A DNA stretch of 32,000 bases. Origin: Phycisphaera mikurensis NBRC 102666 (GTDB lineage Bacteria > Planctomycetota > Phycisphaerae > Phycisphaerales > Phycisphaeraceae). Below the pieces are notes generated by a model. It made no database searches. It was given only the letters and a program-made list of their open reading frames with translations, and had not been told where the DNA came from. Shown piece after piece: positions 1 through 8,962 of the stretch; the stretch's first letter is position 1, and each line of letters begins with the position of its first letter. Made by a program: the position numbers and the translations under genes. The stretch is from contig NC_017080.1 in the NCBI RefSeq assembly GCF_000284115.1, forward strand, positions 2,790,001 to 2,822,000, given 5' to 3'.

Positions 1-271
1 CGAGGACCACGGCGTAGGCCCCGACGACGTAGCCCAGCGTGCGCGGTCCGGCGATGGCGGGGCCCTCGAAGGGGCTGCCGAGCAGGTCGGCGAGCAGGCC
101 GCCGACCACCGCCAGCCGCACGGCGGGCACGGCGGGGCCCACCAGGGCGGCGTACATCACCAGCACGAGCAGCGGCTCGGGCGCCACGCCGCCGAGGCGC
201 CACCACGGCTCCAGGCCCTCCTGCAGCAGGACGGCGGCGAGCGTCAGGATCGCGGCGGGGACGAGGCTCAA
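1..271 (-). CDS. mreD: Rod shape-determining protein MreD-like, N-terminal part (gene continues beyond window start)
   Basis: Manual minus-strand translation from TTG at 271: LSLVPAAILTLAAVLLQEGLEPWWRLGGVAPEPLLVLVMYIAALVGPAVPAVRLAVVGGLLADLLGSPFEGPAIAGPRTLGYVVG. Hydrophobic MreD-like protein overlapping the mreC stop codon; position after mreC is typical. Confidence 0.65.
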   Translation of the reverse strand, partial: MSLVPAAILTLAAVLLQEGLEPWWRLGGVAPEPLLVLVMYAALVGPAVPAVRLAVVGGLLADLLGSPFEGPAIAGPRTLGYVVGAYAVVL

Positions 272-1134
272 CGCGCCTCCCCCTCCTCCTCCTCATCGGG
301 CACCAGCACGGTGACCCGCGGCAGGCGCAGCAGGTCGCGCACGGGGTCGACCCGGACCTCCAGCAGCAGCTGCGGGTCGGCGGGCAGCGGGCGGACCCCG
401 GACACGCGGCCGAGCTGGAAGCCCCGGGCGGTGGACATCAGCAGGTCGTCGTCGAGCCAGACGGCGTCGCCGGCGGCGATCGGCGCGTCCAGCGGGAGCT
501 CGCGGGTGACGAAGCCGCCGGCCGCGGCGTCGGGCACCAGCCGGGTGCGGTAGCGGCGGGCGCCGTCGGCCGAGCGGATCTCCACCGCGAGCGAGCTCGC
601 GAAGCCGAACAGCGGGGCGACCCGGGCCGAGCCCGCGGCGACCGGCGGCACCACGCGGCCGACGACCGCGTCCTGGAAGACGACCGGCTGGTCGGGGGCG
701 AGGCCCTCCCGCCGCCCGGCGTCGACGCTGACCTCCGGCAGCGCCCCGCCCCCCCGCTGCCCGGTCACCCGCGCCGAGACCTCATCGACACGCCGGCGGC
801 CTTCTCGCAGGAGCCGGTCCCGCACCGGCCCCTGCTCGGCCAGCCGCTGCACGGCGTCTTCGTAGAGCCGGCGCAGACGCTGCGTCTCCACGCGCAGCGT
901 CTCGTTCTCGCGCCGCAGCGCGAGCCCCTCCGCTTCGCCCGGCGCCGGCTCCGCCCCGCGGCGCACCGCGACGCCGAGCCGGTACAGCGGCGTCGCCGGC
1001 CACGCGATCGTGCGGACCACCGGACCGAGCACCCGCCCGGGCAGCGTCGCGACCGGCGTCGGCGCGAGCGCAAGCACCCCGGCGAGGCCCGCGATCCCGA
1101 AGCTGAGCCGGTGGTCTCTCAAAAACTGCCCCAA
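268..1134 (-). CDS. mreC: Rod shape-determining protein MreC
   Basis: 288 aa; N-terminal hydrophobic segment, coiled coil (EGLALRRENETLRVETQRLRRLYEDAV), then beta domain with VFQDAVVGRVVPPVAAGSARVAPLFG. Confidence 0.85.
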   Translation of the reverse strand: MGQFLRDHRLSFGIAGLAGVLALAPTPVATLPGRVLGPVVRTIAWPATPLYRLGVAVRRGAEPAPGEAEGLALRRENETLRVETQRLRRLYEDAVQRLAEQGPVRDRLLREGRRRVDEVSARVTGQRGGGALPEVSVDAGRREGLAPDQPVVFQDAVVGRVVPPVAAGSARVAPLFGFASSLAVEIRSADGARRYRTRLVPDAAAGGFVTRELPLDAPIAAGDAVWLDDDLLMSTARGFQLGRVSGVRPLPADPQLLLEVRVDPVRDLLRLPRVTVLVPDEEEEGEAR

Positions 1135-1204
1135 TCCCCAAGCCCGCCCGCGGACCGTACCGATTCGGCGGCGGGAAGCGTCGCGGTCCGCGGCTTCTGC
1201 ACGC

Positions 1205-2017
1205 TCACCCGCCCAGGAAGATCCGGTGCGCCCCCTCGAAGGCGTGCCGGAACGACCCGTCGGTCAGCCGCGCGATGGTTGCCAGCGACACCGCCACCAC
1301 CGCGGTCGACATGAGGATGCGCGTCACGAAGCCGACCGAGAGGATGTTCATCTGCGGGACGGTGCGGGCGATGAAGCCCATCGCCACGCTCTCGAGGAAG
1401 AGCACCGCGAGCACCGGCATCGAGACCTGCACCACCAGCTCGATCATCGCCTGCAGCAGCCCGACGATCACCTCCATCACGGCGCCGAAGTCGGTCATCC
1501 CGCCGGGGGGCACGTGCTCGAAGCTGCCGACGAGGACCTGGATCAGCAGGTGGTGGCCGCCGAGGGCGAGGAACACGACCAACGCGAGCAGGTAGAGGAA
1601 CTGACCCAGCACGCCCGAGTCGTCCTGCAGCTCGGGGTTGAAGACGCCGCCGAGCTGCAGGCCCATCTGCTGGCCGATGACCAGCCCCGCCGCCTGCGCA
1701 CCCGCGAGCGGCAGCATCGCCACGTAGCCGAGGACGTAGCCGACGGCGAGCTCCAGCCCCATGAGCGGGGCGAGCGCGAACAGCGAGAACTCGGCCCCGC
1801 GCAGCCCGGCGAGCGGAGCCTCGGGACCGACCGCGACGACGGGGAAGCAGATCGCCGCCAGCCCGACGGCGAGGAAGGCCCGCACCTGCCGCGGCACGCC
1901 GGAGCTGGCGAGGATCGGCGAGAGGATGAACATCCCCGAGAGGCGCGTGAGCAAGAGCAGGAACGGCGGGAGCCACTCCAGCAGGGGCTGGAGGCCGCTC
2001 ACCGCCCGCCCCTGCAC
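1205..2017 (-). CDS. fliR: Flagellar biosynthetic protein FliR
   Basis: 270 aa membrane protein, WLPPFLLLLTRLSGMFILSPILASSGVPRQVRAFLAVGLA...; located directly downstream of fliQ. Confidence 0.9.
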   Translation of the reverse strand: MQGRAVSGLQPLLEWLPPFLLLLTRLSGMFILSPILASSGVPRQVRAFLAVGLAAICFPVVAVGPEAPLAGLRGAEFSLFALAPLMGLELAVGYVLGYVAMLPLAGAQAAGLVIGQQMGLQLGGVFNPELQDDSGVLGQFLYLLALVVFLALGGHHLLIQVLVGSFEHVPPGGMTDFGAVMEVIVGLLQAMIELVVQVSMPVLAVLFLESVAMGFIARTVPQMNILSVGFVTRILMSTAVVAVSLATIARLTDGSFRHAFEGAHRIFLGG

Positions 2018-2051
2018 CCGGCGCGTCGCCCGGCCGTCGGGTCGGGATCCC

Positions 2052-2309
2052 TCACGGCATCCCCGAGAACATGCGGACCGAAAACTCCATCAGCATCGAC
2101 AGGATCCACGGTGTGGCGAGCACGGCGACCGCGGTCATGACGAGGATCTTCGGGACGAAGGTGAGCGTCTGCTCCTGCACCTGCGTCACCGCCTGCAGCA
2201 CGCTGATGACCAGCCCCACCGCCAGCGCGGCCCCCAGCACCGGCGCCGACAGCGTCATCATCAGCACGAGCGACTCGCGGACGAGGTCGATGGAGGAGTC
2301 GAGGATCAT
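2052..2309 (-). CDS. fliQ: Flagellar biosynthetic protein FliQ
   Basis: 85 aa, two TM segments, SAPVLGAALAVGLVISVLQAVTQVQEQTLTFVPKI motif. Confidence 0.93.
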   Translation of the reverse strand: MILDSSIDLVRESLVLMMTLSAPVLGAALAVGLVISVLQAVTQVQEQTLTFVPKILVMTAVAVLATPWILSMLMEFSVRMFSGMP

Positions 2310-2394
2310 GGGGGGAAGCGGGGAAAGCGAAGAAGCGGGGAAGCGAAGAAGCGGGGAAGTCGGGCAGCGGCCGGCGCGGGCGGGCGGTCGCGGC

Positions 2395-3228
2395 CTAGCC
2401 GCTCACCCCCGCGACCTTGAAGCTCTCCAGCAGCCCCCCCACCACCAGCCGCCAGCCGTCGACGAGCACGAACAGCAGCAGCTTGAAGGGCAGCGAGATG
2501 AGCACCGGGGGGAGCATCATCATGCCCATCGAGATGAGGATGCTGCTGATCACCATGTCGATGATGAGGAACGGCAGGTACAGCCGGAAGCCCATCAGGA
2601 AAGCGATCTTCAGCTCCGAGAGCACGAAGGCGGGCACCAGCGCGAGCATGTCGACGTCGCCGCGGACCAGGTTCTCCGGCTCGGAGAGGTCGACGCCCTG
2701 GTACTCGAGCATCATGTAGACGCCGTCCCAGTTGTCCGCGTGGTCGATCTGGTCGAACATGAAGTCGCGCAGCGGCTGCTTCGCGTTCTCCCAGGCCTGC
2801 AGCTGCGTGATCTCGCCGGCCTGGTAGGGCACGAGCGCCTCCTGGCGGACCCGCTCGAACGCGGGTGCCATCACCAGGAAGGTGAGCAGCAGGGCCAGCC
2901 CGGTGATGACCTGCGTGGGCGGCAGCGCGGCGGTGCCCATCGCCTGGCGGAGCAGGCCGAGCACGATCACGATCCGCGTGAAGCAGGTGCACATCACCAG
3001 CACCGCGGGGGCGAGGGAGAGCACCGTGAGCAGGAGCAGGATGCTCACGGTCGTGTCCAGGCGGGGGCCCTCGTCCGCGCCCGGCTCGCCGGGCAGCAGG
3101 CTCCCCGCCTGCTCCAGCAGGCTCACGGGGTTGACGTCCTGCGCGGAAGCGGGCGCGGCGGCGAGGGCGAGGGCGAGGGCGAGGGCGAGGGCCGCGAGGA
3201 CCAGGAACGGGCGCAGGAGGCGGCTCAA
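2395..3228 (-). CDS. fliP: Flagellar biosynthetic protein FliP
   Basis: 277 aa with signal peptide; FTRIVIVLGLLRQAMG, PAFVLSELKIAFLMGFRLYLPFLIIDMVISSILISMGMMMLPPV are FliP hallmarks. Confidence 0.95.
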   Translation of the reverse strand: MSRLLRPFLVLAALALALALALAAAPASAQDVNPVSLLEQAGSLLPGEPGADEGPRLDTTVSILLLLTVLSLAPAVLVMCTCFTRIVIVLGLLRQAMGTAALPPTQVITGLALLLTFLVMAPAFERVRQEALVPYQAGEITQLQAWENAKQPLRDFMFDQIDHADNWDGVYMMLEYQGVDLSEPENLVRGDVDMLALVPAFVLSELKIAFLMGFRLYLPFLIIDMVISSILISMGMMMLPPVLISLPFKLLLFVLVDGWRLVVGGLLESFKVAGVSG

Positions 3229-3938
3229 GCCCGGCCTCCCAGCCGTTCGAGGCGAGCCTTGACGCCCGCGAGCGGATCGGGGGCCCGGGCGGGAGGATCC
3301 TCGACGGCGTCGGCTTTCTCGGAACCGACCGAGGCGAGCAGAGCCTGGAAGCCGCCGGCGGGCGCGGCGGCGGTGGACCGGAGCAGCTCGGCGACTTCGG
3401 CCTCGTCGACGGCCTCGGCGAGCGTCCGCAGCCCGCCGGCGGCGGAGTCGCCGACCACGAGCACGCGGGCCCCGACCCGCACCAGCAGCACCTGGCTCTT
3501 GGGTCCGACGCCCGTGCGGCTGAGCACCTCCACCGCCGGGCTCGGCCGGGCGGGGGTGACGCCGCCGACCTTCGCCGCGACGGCCTTGAGGCCGTAGAGC
3601 AAGCCGACGACGACGCCGAGCGCGGCGAGCGTGGGCAGGGCGTAGCCGCCGAGGGAGGAGCCGCCCGAGCCCGCGGACGGGAGCGCCTCGGCCTCCCGGG
3701 AGGCGGCGGTCCGCGGGGCGAGCGGGGTCGACTCCAACGGCGCGGGATCGGCGTCCCCCGCCGGCGGGCCGACCTCCACGTCCCAGCCGGTGGCGGGCCC
3801 GGCGAGGGCCGGCGTCGGGTCCGCCGCCATCCGCCTCATCCGCTCGCGCGGGTCGGCCGCCGGCTGGCCCGCCGCCGCCGCGCAGAACAAGCCCGCGGCG
3901 AGGGCCGCCGTGAGCGCGATCGAGTGGGTTCGCTCCAT
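3225..3938 (-). CDS. fliO: Flagellar biosynthetic protein FliO-like
   Basis: 237 aa; single TM then VEVLSRTGVGPKSQVLLVRVGARVLVVGDSAAGGLRTLAEAVD, FliO-like; overlaps fliP by 4 nt. Confidence 0.8.
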   Translation of the reverse strand: MERTHSIALTAALAAGLFCAAAAGQPAADPRERMRRMAADPTPALAGPATGWDVEVGPPAGDADPAPLESTPLAPRTAASREAEALPSAGSGGSSLGGYALPTLAALGVVVGLLYGLKAVAAKVGGVTPARPSPAVEVLSRTGVGPKSQVLLVRVGARVLVVGDSAAGGLRTLAEAVDEAEVAELLRSTAAAPAGGFQALLASVGSEKADAVEDPPARAPDPLAGVKARLERLGGRA

Positions 3939-4002
3939 GGATCTGCCTTCCTTGGCATCCCTTCCGCGGCCGGCGTCCTGCCGGCCGCTCCCGTGCCCGC
4001 CC

Positions 4003-4434
4003 TCAGCCCTCCCCGCCGTCCCCCGCCCGCCGCTCGCGGGCCTCCACCGCCGAGCCGGCCGCCCGCTGCGGAAGCTCGTCGAGCACCTCGCTCACGCGGA
4101 TGCAGAAGTTGTCGTTGAGCACCAGCACCTCGCCGCGGGCGACGCGGCGGCCGTTGACGAAGACGTCGACCGGGTCGCCGGCGAGCTTGTCGAGCTCGAC
4201 GACCGAGCCGTCCCGCAGCTTCAGGACGTCCTCGACGAGCATCGACGTGCGGCCGAGCTCGATGGAGACGTCGAGCTCGACGTCGCCGAGCAGCTCCAGC
4301 CCGGCCCGCACGCGGTCGTCCACCGGCTCCCCCGCCGCGAGCGCGGCGAGCGAGGCCTCGGCGGAATCGAGCGCGGACTCGGCGTCGGCGATGGGGTCGG
4401 AGTCGGTCGTGGGGGGTGTGGAGGTTTCGCTCAT
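4003..4434 (-). CDS. fliN: Flagellar motor switch protein FliN
   Basis: 143 aa; [70 protein letters not shown], SpoA/FliN domain. Confidence 0.93.
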   Translation of the reverse strand: MSETSTPPTTDSDPIADAESALDSAEASLAALAAGEPVDDRVRAGLELLGDVELDVSIELGRTSMLVEDVLKLRDGSVVELDKLAGDPVDVFVNGRRVARGEVLVLNDNFCIRVSEVLDELPQRAAGSAVEARERRAGDGGEG

Positions 4435-4604
4435 CCGTGAGCCTCGCGGAGGGAAAGGGAGCTACGACACGCAGCGACGCGGCGGTGGCGAGACGGCGTC
4501 GACGCCGCGGCGTCGACGCCGCGGGTCGTCCTGCCCCAACTCGTCGCTTCGTCTTCTCATCAGGATCGTTTCCCGGAGCGTGCGCTGGACCGGAGGGCCG
4601 ATCA

Positions 4605-5144
4605 TCAGAACTCCGCGAACTCGGTGCACTTGCCGAGGATCACGTCGTCGAAGTACGGCTCGTCCGTGCCGGGCACGTTCCCGACGGCCTCCTGCACGAC
4701 CGAGCGGATCTGCCGGGTGAGCGTCTGGAGGCTGGCCTCGCGGAGGAAGGCGGGCTCGGCTTTGCGGAAGATGACCATGACCTCGAACTGGATCGCGGCC
4801 TTCTTCTCCTCGAGCAGCCGGGTCGCGTCCTCCTCGTGCTTCTTCTGAGTCGTCGCGAAGATCTCCACGTCGTAGAGGAAGCTTTCGCCGCTCTTCTTGT
4901 TCTGGAACTTGGTGGCGAGCACCGGGAGCGTGAGCGGCCGGGCGCCCTCGGCGAGCTCGTCGGTGACCGCCGGGTCGGCCTGCACCTCGGCCGGGCCGCC
5001 GAGGAACATGAACATGCCCGCGACGACGGCGGCCTCGCCGATGAGCATCGCGGCGACGACGATGATCGGCACCAGCGGGAGCTTCTTCTTCGCCGGCTCC
5101 TCGCCGCCGCCGCTCTTCTCGCTCTTGTCGCTCTCCTCGGCCAT
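4605..5144 (-). CDS. fliL: Flagellar basal body-associated protein FliL-like
   Basis: 179 aa from ATG at 5144; cytoplasmic charged tail, KKKLPLVPIIVVAAMLIGEAAVVAG TM, FliL-type periplasmic domain. Confidence 0.75.
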   Translation of the reverse strand: MAEESDKSEKSGGGEEPAKKKLPLVPIIVVAAMLIGEAAVVAGMFMFLGGPAEVQADPAVTDELAEGARPLTLPVLATKFQNKKSGESFLYDVEIFATTQKKHEEDATRLLEEKKAAIQFEVMVIFRKAEPAFLREASLQTLTRQIRSVVQEAVGNVPGTDEPYFDDVILGKCTEFAEF

Positions 5145-5217
5145 GGCCGGGACATCGGTCGGCCGCTTGGGGTCCCTGCAGGATTGGCCGGGCCGCCGGC
5201 TTGCGTAGCTTGGCCGC

Positions 5218-5931
5218 GTGCCGATCGACCTGCGAACCCGCCGCGTGGAGCCCGAGCGGATGGACGACCCGCGGCTGCCCGCCGCCGAGCACGACCTCGC
5301 GCTCGCCGGCCTGCGCCGCATCCACGCCTTCACCGGCACCCACGGCCGCGTCTGGTCGGTGGTGCGGCGGTGGATGCTCGGCCGGGAAGACCCCGGCTCG
5401 GCCTTCCGCTTGATCGACGTCGCCTGCGGAGGCGGGACGCTGCTGGCGGGGTTGCTGCGCCGGGCCCGCCGGGCGGGGCTGCTGCTGCACGCCGACGGCG
5501 CCGACCTCTCCGCGCACGCGCACGGCGTCGCGGCGGCGGCGTGCGAGGGGGTCGGCCGGCCGCCGGTGTTCCACCGATTCGACGCCACCGCCGAGGACCC
5601 GCCCGGCGGCTACGACGGCGTGGTGAGCTCGCTGTTCCTGCACCACCTCGACGACGCCGCCGCGGTGGCGACGCTCCGCCGCCTCGCGACCGCGGCGCCG
5701 CGTGGGCTGGTGCACGACCTCTCCCGCTCCCGGGCCGCCCACGCCCTCGCCGCCGCCGGCTGCCGCCTGCTCAGCCGCAGCCCCGTGGTGCACGCCGACG
5801 GGCCGCAGAGCGTCGCGGCGGGCTTCACACCCGGCGAGCTCGCGGGGCTCGCGGAGCGGGCGGGCCTGCCGGACGTGCGCGTGACCCGGCAGCCTTTCGG
5901 CCGCCTCCACCTCCGCTGGGGGCGGCCTTGA
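5218..5931 (+). CDS. Class I SAM-dependent methyltransferase in the type III PKS cluster
   Basis: 237 aa from GTG; RLIDVACGGGTLLAGLLRRA (motif I), YDGVVSSLFLHHLDD (UbiE/COQ5-like). Confidence 0.85.
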   Translation: MPIDLRTRRVEPERMDDPRLPAAEHDLALAGLRRIHAFTGTHGRVWSVVRRWMLGREDPGSAFRLIDVACGGGTLLAGLLRRARRAGLLLHADGADLSAHAHGVAAAACEGVGRPPVFHRFDATAEDPPGGYDGVVSSLFLHHLDDAAAVATLRRLATAAPRGLVHDLSRSRAAHALAAAGCRLLSRSPVVHADGPQSVAAGFTPGELAGLAERAGLPDVRVTRQPFGRLHLRWGRP

Positions 5932-5965
5932 CCGCCGCTCCGTCCTCCGTGGCGAGGCGGCGGCG

Positions 5966-7090
5966 ATGAGCGGCGGCTTCGACGCCGGCGTCGTCGGTGC
6001 GGGCGTGGCCGGCTCGGCCCTCGCCGCGGCGCTCGCCCGCCGCGGGCACGCCGTGGTGCTCCTCGATCGGCAGCGCTTCCCGCGGGCGAAGCCGTGCGGC
6101 GGCTGCCTGCACCGCGGGGGGCTCGACACGCTCGACCGGCTCGGGCTGGCGGGTTGCGTGCCGGCCGACGCGCCCGCGGTGGATGCCGCGGTGGTCTGGT
6201 CCGGCGGACGGGCGACGCGGGTGCCCAGCCGGCACGGCCGCGTGGTCGATCGTGCCTCCTTCGACGCTGCGCTGCGGGCCGGAGCCGAAGCCGCCGGCGT
6301 CGCCTCCGTCGAGGGCGTGACGGCCCGGGTGCGGCCGGGAACCGCCGGCGGCTGGCGCATCGACGGCGGGCGGGCGGGCGCCTGGAGCGTGCGGGTGGTC
6401 GCCGCGGCCGACGGCCTCGGCGGCTCGTGCCTCCGCGGGCTCGAGGGGTTCGGCGTCCGTCGCGCGCCCGCCTCCCGGATCGGCCTCGGCGCGATCGCGC
6501 ACCCCGGCGCCGACGACGCCCTGCCGCCCGGGACCGTCGCGATGCTCACTTCCGCCCGCGGCTACCTGGGCCTCACGCGGCTGGGCCCGGGCGCGGACGC
6601 GCCGGTCGACCTCGCCGCCGCGGTCGATCCCGCGCTCGTGCGCTCGCTCGGCGGCCCAAGCCCGGCCGCCGCCGCGCTCGCCCTGGAGGCGGGCGCCCCC
6701 GCCGCTTTCGCGGCCTGGGCCCGCCGGGCGGTCGGCTGGCGGGCGACGCCCCCGCTCACCTGCGCCGCCACGCGGCTCGCCGCGCCGGGCCTCCGCGTCG
6801 TCGGCGACGCCGGCGGCTACCTCGAGCCCTTCACCGGCGAGGGGATGGCCTGGGCGCTGGACGACGCCGAAGCCGCCGCCGCCTCAATGGACGCCTGCCT
6901 CCGCCGCGGCGGCGAGCGTGCGGCCGACGCCGCCGCCTGGGAGGCCGCCCGCCGCCGCCGGATCGCCGGCCGGCAGCGGCGCTGCCGCGCCGCGGCCGCC
7001 GTGCTGCGCCGGCCGGCGCTCACCCGCCCCGCGCTCGCAGGCGCCGCCCTGGCCTTCCCGCTGCTCCACCGCCTGCGGGCCGCCTCGTGA
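5966..7090 (+). CDS. FAD-dependent oxidoreductase, geranylgeranyl reductase/monooxygenase-like
   Basis: 374 aa; N-terminal GxGxxG (DAGVVGAGVAGSALAAALARRGHAVVLLDRQRFPR), CGG motif, GVTARVRP, and LRVVGDAGGYLEPFTGEGMAWAL. Confidence 0.88.
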   Translation: MSGGFDAGVVGAGVAGSALAAALARRGHAVVLLDRQRFPRAKPCGGCLHRGGLDTLDRLGLAGCVPADAPAVDAAVVWSGGRATRVPSRHGRVVDRASFDAALRAGAEAAGVASVEGVTARVRPGTAGGWRIDGGRAGAWSVRVVAAADGLGGSCLRGLEGFGVRRAPASRIGLGAIAHPGADDALPPGTVAMLTSARGYLGLTRLGPGADAPVDLAAAVDPALVRSLGGPSPAAAALALEAGAPAAFAAWARRAVGWRATPPLTCAATRLAAPGLRVVGDAGGYLEPFTGEGMAWALDDAEAAAASMDACLRRGGERAADAAAWEAARRRRIAGRQRRCRAAAAVLRRPALTRPALAGAALAFPLLHRLRAAS

Positions 7091-8187
7091 GCGGGCGCCC
7101 ACGCATCGCCGGCCTCGGCACCGCCCTGCCCGGCAACTCCGTGCCGCAGGCGGCGCTCGCCGAGGCCGCGGCGTCGTGCTGCTCGCCGCGGGTCGCCCGG
7201 CTGCTTCCCCGCCTGTATGCCCGCTCCGGCGTCGAGCGCCGCGGCTGCGCCGTCTTCCCCGCCCCCGGCGTTCCCGCGGACCGCGATGCCCCGGAGGCTT
7301 ACGTCGCCGCGATCCGCGGCGTCTTCGCGGCCCCCTCGCCCCGGCGGCCGCTGGGCCCCGGCGTCGCCGAACGCATGCGGATGTACCGCGACGCCGCGCT
7401 CCCGCTCGCCGCCGAGGCCGCCCGCGACGCCCTCGCCGACGCGGGAGCCGAGCCGGCCGCCATCGACCACCTCGTCACCGTCAGCTGCACCGGCTTCGCC
7501 GCCCCCGGCGTGGACCTCGCCCTCCTGGGAACCCTCGGCCTGCCGCCCGCGACCAGCCGGACCCACGTCGGCTTCATGGGCTGCCACGGCGCCATGAACG
7601 GGCTGCGCGTCGCCGGCGCCCTCGCCGCCGCCGAGCCCGGCTGCCGGGTCCTGCTCGTCTGCGTGGAGGTCTGCACCGCCCACTTCCGCTACGGCGACGC
7701 CGGCCTCACCGCGAACGCGCTCTTCGCCGACGGCGCCGCGGCCGCGGTCGTCACCGCCGACGCCGGCCGCGGGCGGTCGCTCACCGGCCGGGCCAGCCTC
7801 GTCCTGCCCGGCTCCGCCGACGCCATGACCTGGGCCATCGGGGCCCACGGCTTCGAGATGAGCCTCTCCCCCGCCGTGCCCGCGCTCATCGCGGAGCGCC
7901 TCCCCGGCGTCATCGGCCCGTGGCTCGCCCGCCACGGCCTCACCCCCGCCGGCGTCGCCGGCTGGGCGATCCACCCCGGCGGCCCGCGGGTGATCGACGC
8001 GGTCGGCGAAGCCCTGGGCCTGGGCCCGGCCGCGCTCGCGCCCTCGCACGCGCTGCTCCGCGAGCACGGCAACATGAGCAGCCCCACGGTGCTCTTCCTC
8101 GTGGACCGGCTCCGGCGGTCACCCGGCCCCCTGGTCGCCCTGGCGTTCGGCCCCGGGCTGACCGCCGAAGCCGCGCTGCTGGGCTGA
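7087..8187 (+). CDS. Type III polyketide synthase (chalcone/stilbene synthase family)
   Basis: 366 aa from GTG at 7087 overlapping the previous stop (GTGA). Triad: Cys166 (GFMGCHGAMNG), His296 (WAIHPGGPRVIDAV), Asn329 (REHGNMSSPTVLF); C-terminal ALAFGPGLTAEAALL. Confidence 0.93.
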   Translation: MSGRPRIAGLGTALPGNSVPQAALAEAAASCCSPRVARLLPRLYARSGVERRGCAVFPAPGVPADRDAPEAYVAAIRGVFAAPSPRRPLGPGVAERMRMYRDAALPLAAEAARDALADAGAEPAAIDHLVTVSCTGFAAPGVDLALLGTLGLPPATSRTHVGFMGCHGAMNGLRVAGALAAAEPGCRVLLVCVEVCTAHFRYGDAGLTANALFADGAAAAVVTADAGRGRSLTGRASLVLPGSADAMTWAIGAHGFEMSLSPAVPALIAERLPGVIGPWLARHGLTPAGVAGWAIHPGGPRVIDAVGEALGLGPAALAPSHALLREHGNMSSPTVLFLVDRLRRSPGPLVALAFGPGLTAEAALLG

Positions 8188-8288
8188 AGCCGCGTCGCGG
8201 GCCCGCGGCCGCGGGGCGGGCCTACCGTCCGCCGGTCGGTCCCGCCCGCGGATCGACATCGTTTACTTTGAGGTCCATCGGGCTCCGC

Positions 8289-8912
8289 ATGCGTTCCCTC
8301 CCCGCCATCGTCCTCACCGCCGCCCTCGGCATCCCCGCCTCCGCGGCCGTGCCGGTCTCCTCCTTCGAAGAGGCCAGCCCCGGCACCGCGGTCGGCGGCG
8401 AGGGCGTCGTGGTCGCGGACGGCGAGGGCATCAGCGACGGGCGGCAGGCGCTGCGTCTGCCGCTGTCCGCGGTGCCGGAGGGCCACGACGGCAAGAAGAT
8501 CGGCCACCTCGTCGTCGACAACGGCTTCCTGACGCGGAACCCCGCCGGGTTCGCCGCCGACGGCATCGCTCTCTCCGCCGTGCTCCCCGCCGCCGCACGC
8601 TCGGCCGGGCGGGCGCCGAGCCTGCGCGTCGCGATCTTCCACGTCGGCGACGACGACCGGCACGTCTACCACGTCTGCGGCGTCATCGCGGGGGAGAACC
8701 TCGACGGCACCGTCTCGCTGCGCTTCGACGAGGAGAGCCAAGCGGTCTTCGAGGAGAGCGCGGTCCGGCGCGGCTACGCCCAGCTCGAGTTTGCGCTCGT
8801 GAACCCCGGCGGCCTCACCGACGGCACAATCACGATCGACGACGTCCGCCTGCTGACACCGGACGACGCGGACCCGGCGGACCCGGCGGACGCGCCCGTG
8901 GAGCCGGAGTAG
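8289..8912 (+). CDS. Secreted hypothetical protein
   Basis: 207 aa within the 6918..8912 ORF frame; signal peptide MRSLPAIVLTAALGIPASAA, then beta-rich domain (HLVVDNG, SLRVAIFHVG, GTITIDDVRLL), acidic Pro-rich tail. Confidence 0.75.
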   Translation: MRSLPAIVLTAALGIPASAAVPVSSFEEASPGTAVGGEGVVVADGEGISDGRQALRLPLSAVPEGHDGKKIGHLVVDNGFLTRNPAGFAADGIALSAVLPAAARSAGRAPSLRVAIFHVGDDDRHVYHVCGVIAGENLDGTVSLRFDEESQAVFEESAVRRGYAQLEFALVNPGGLTDGTITIDDVRLLTPDDADPADPADAPVEPE

Positions 8913-8962
8913 CCGGCTTCCTCGAGCGGGGCCGGAAGCGCGAGCCGCTCCCGGGCGGCGGG

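Noticed and set aside
1205-5144. A non-flagellar type III secretion system (FliPQR/SctRST homologues)
   Set aside because: FliN, FliO and FliL are present with flagellar-type sequences and no secretin, needle or effector genes are seen. Only a whole-genome check could fully settle it.
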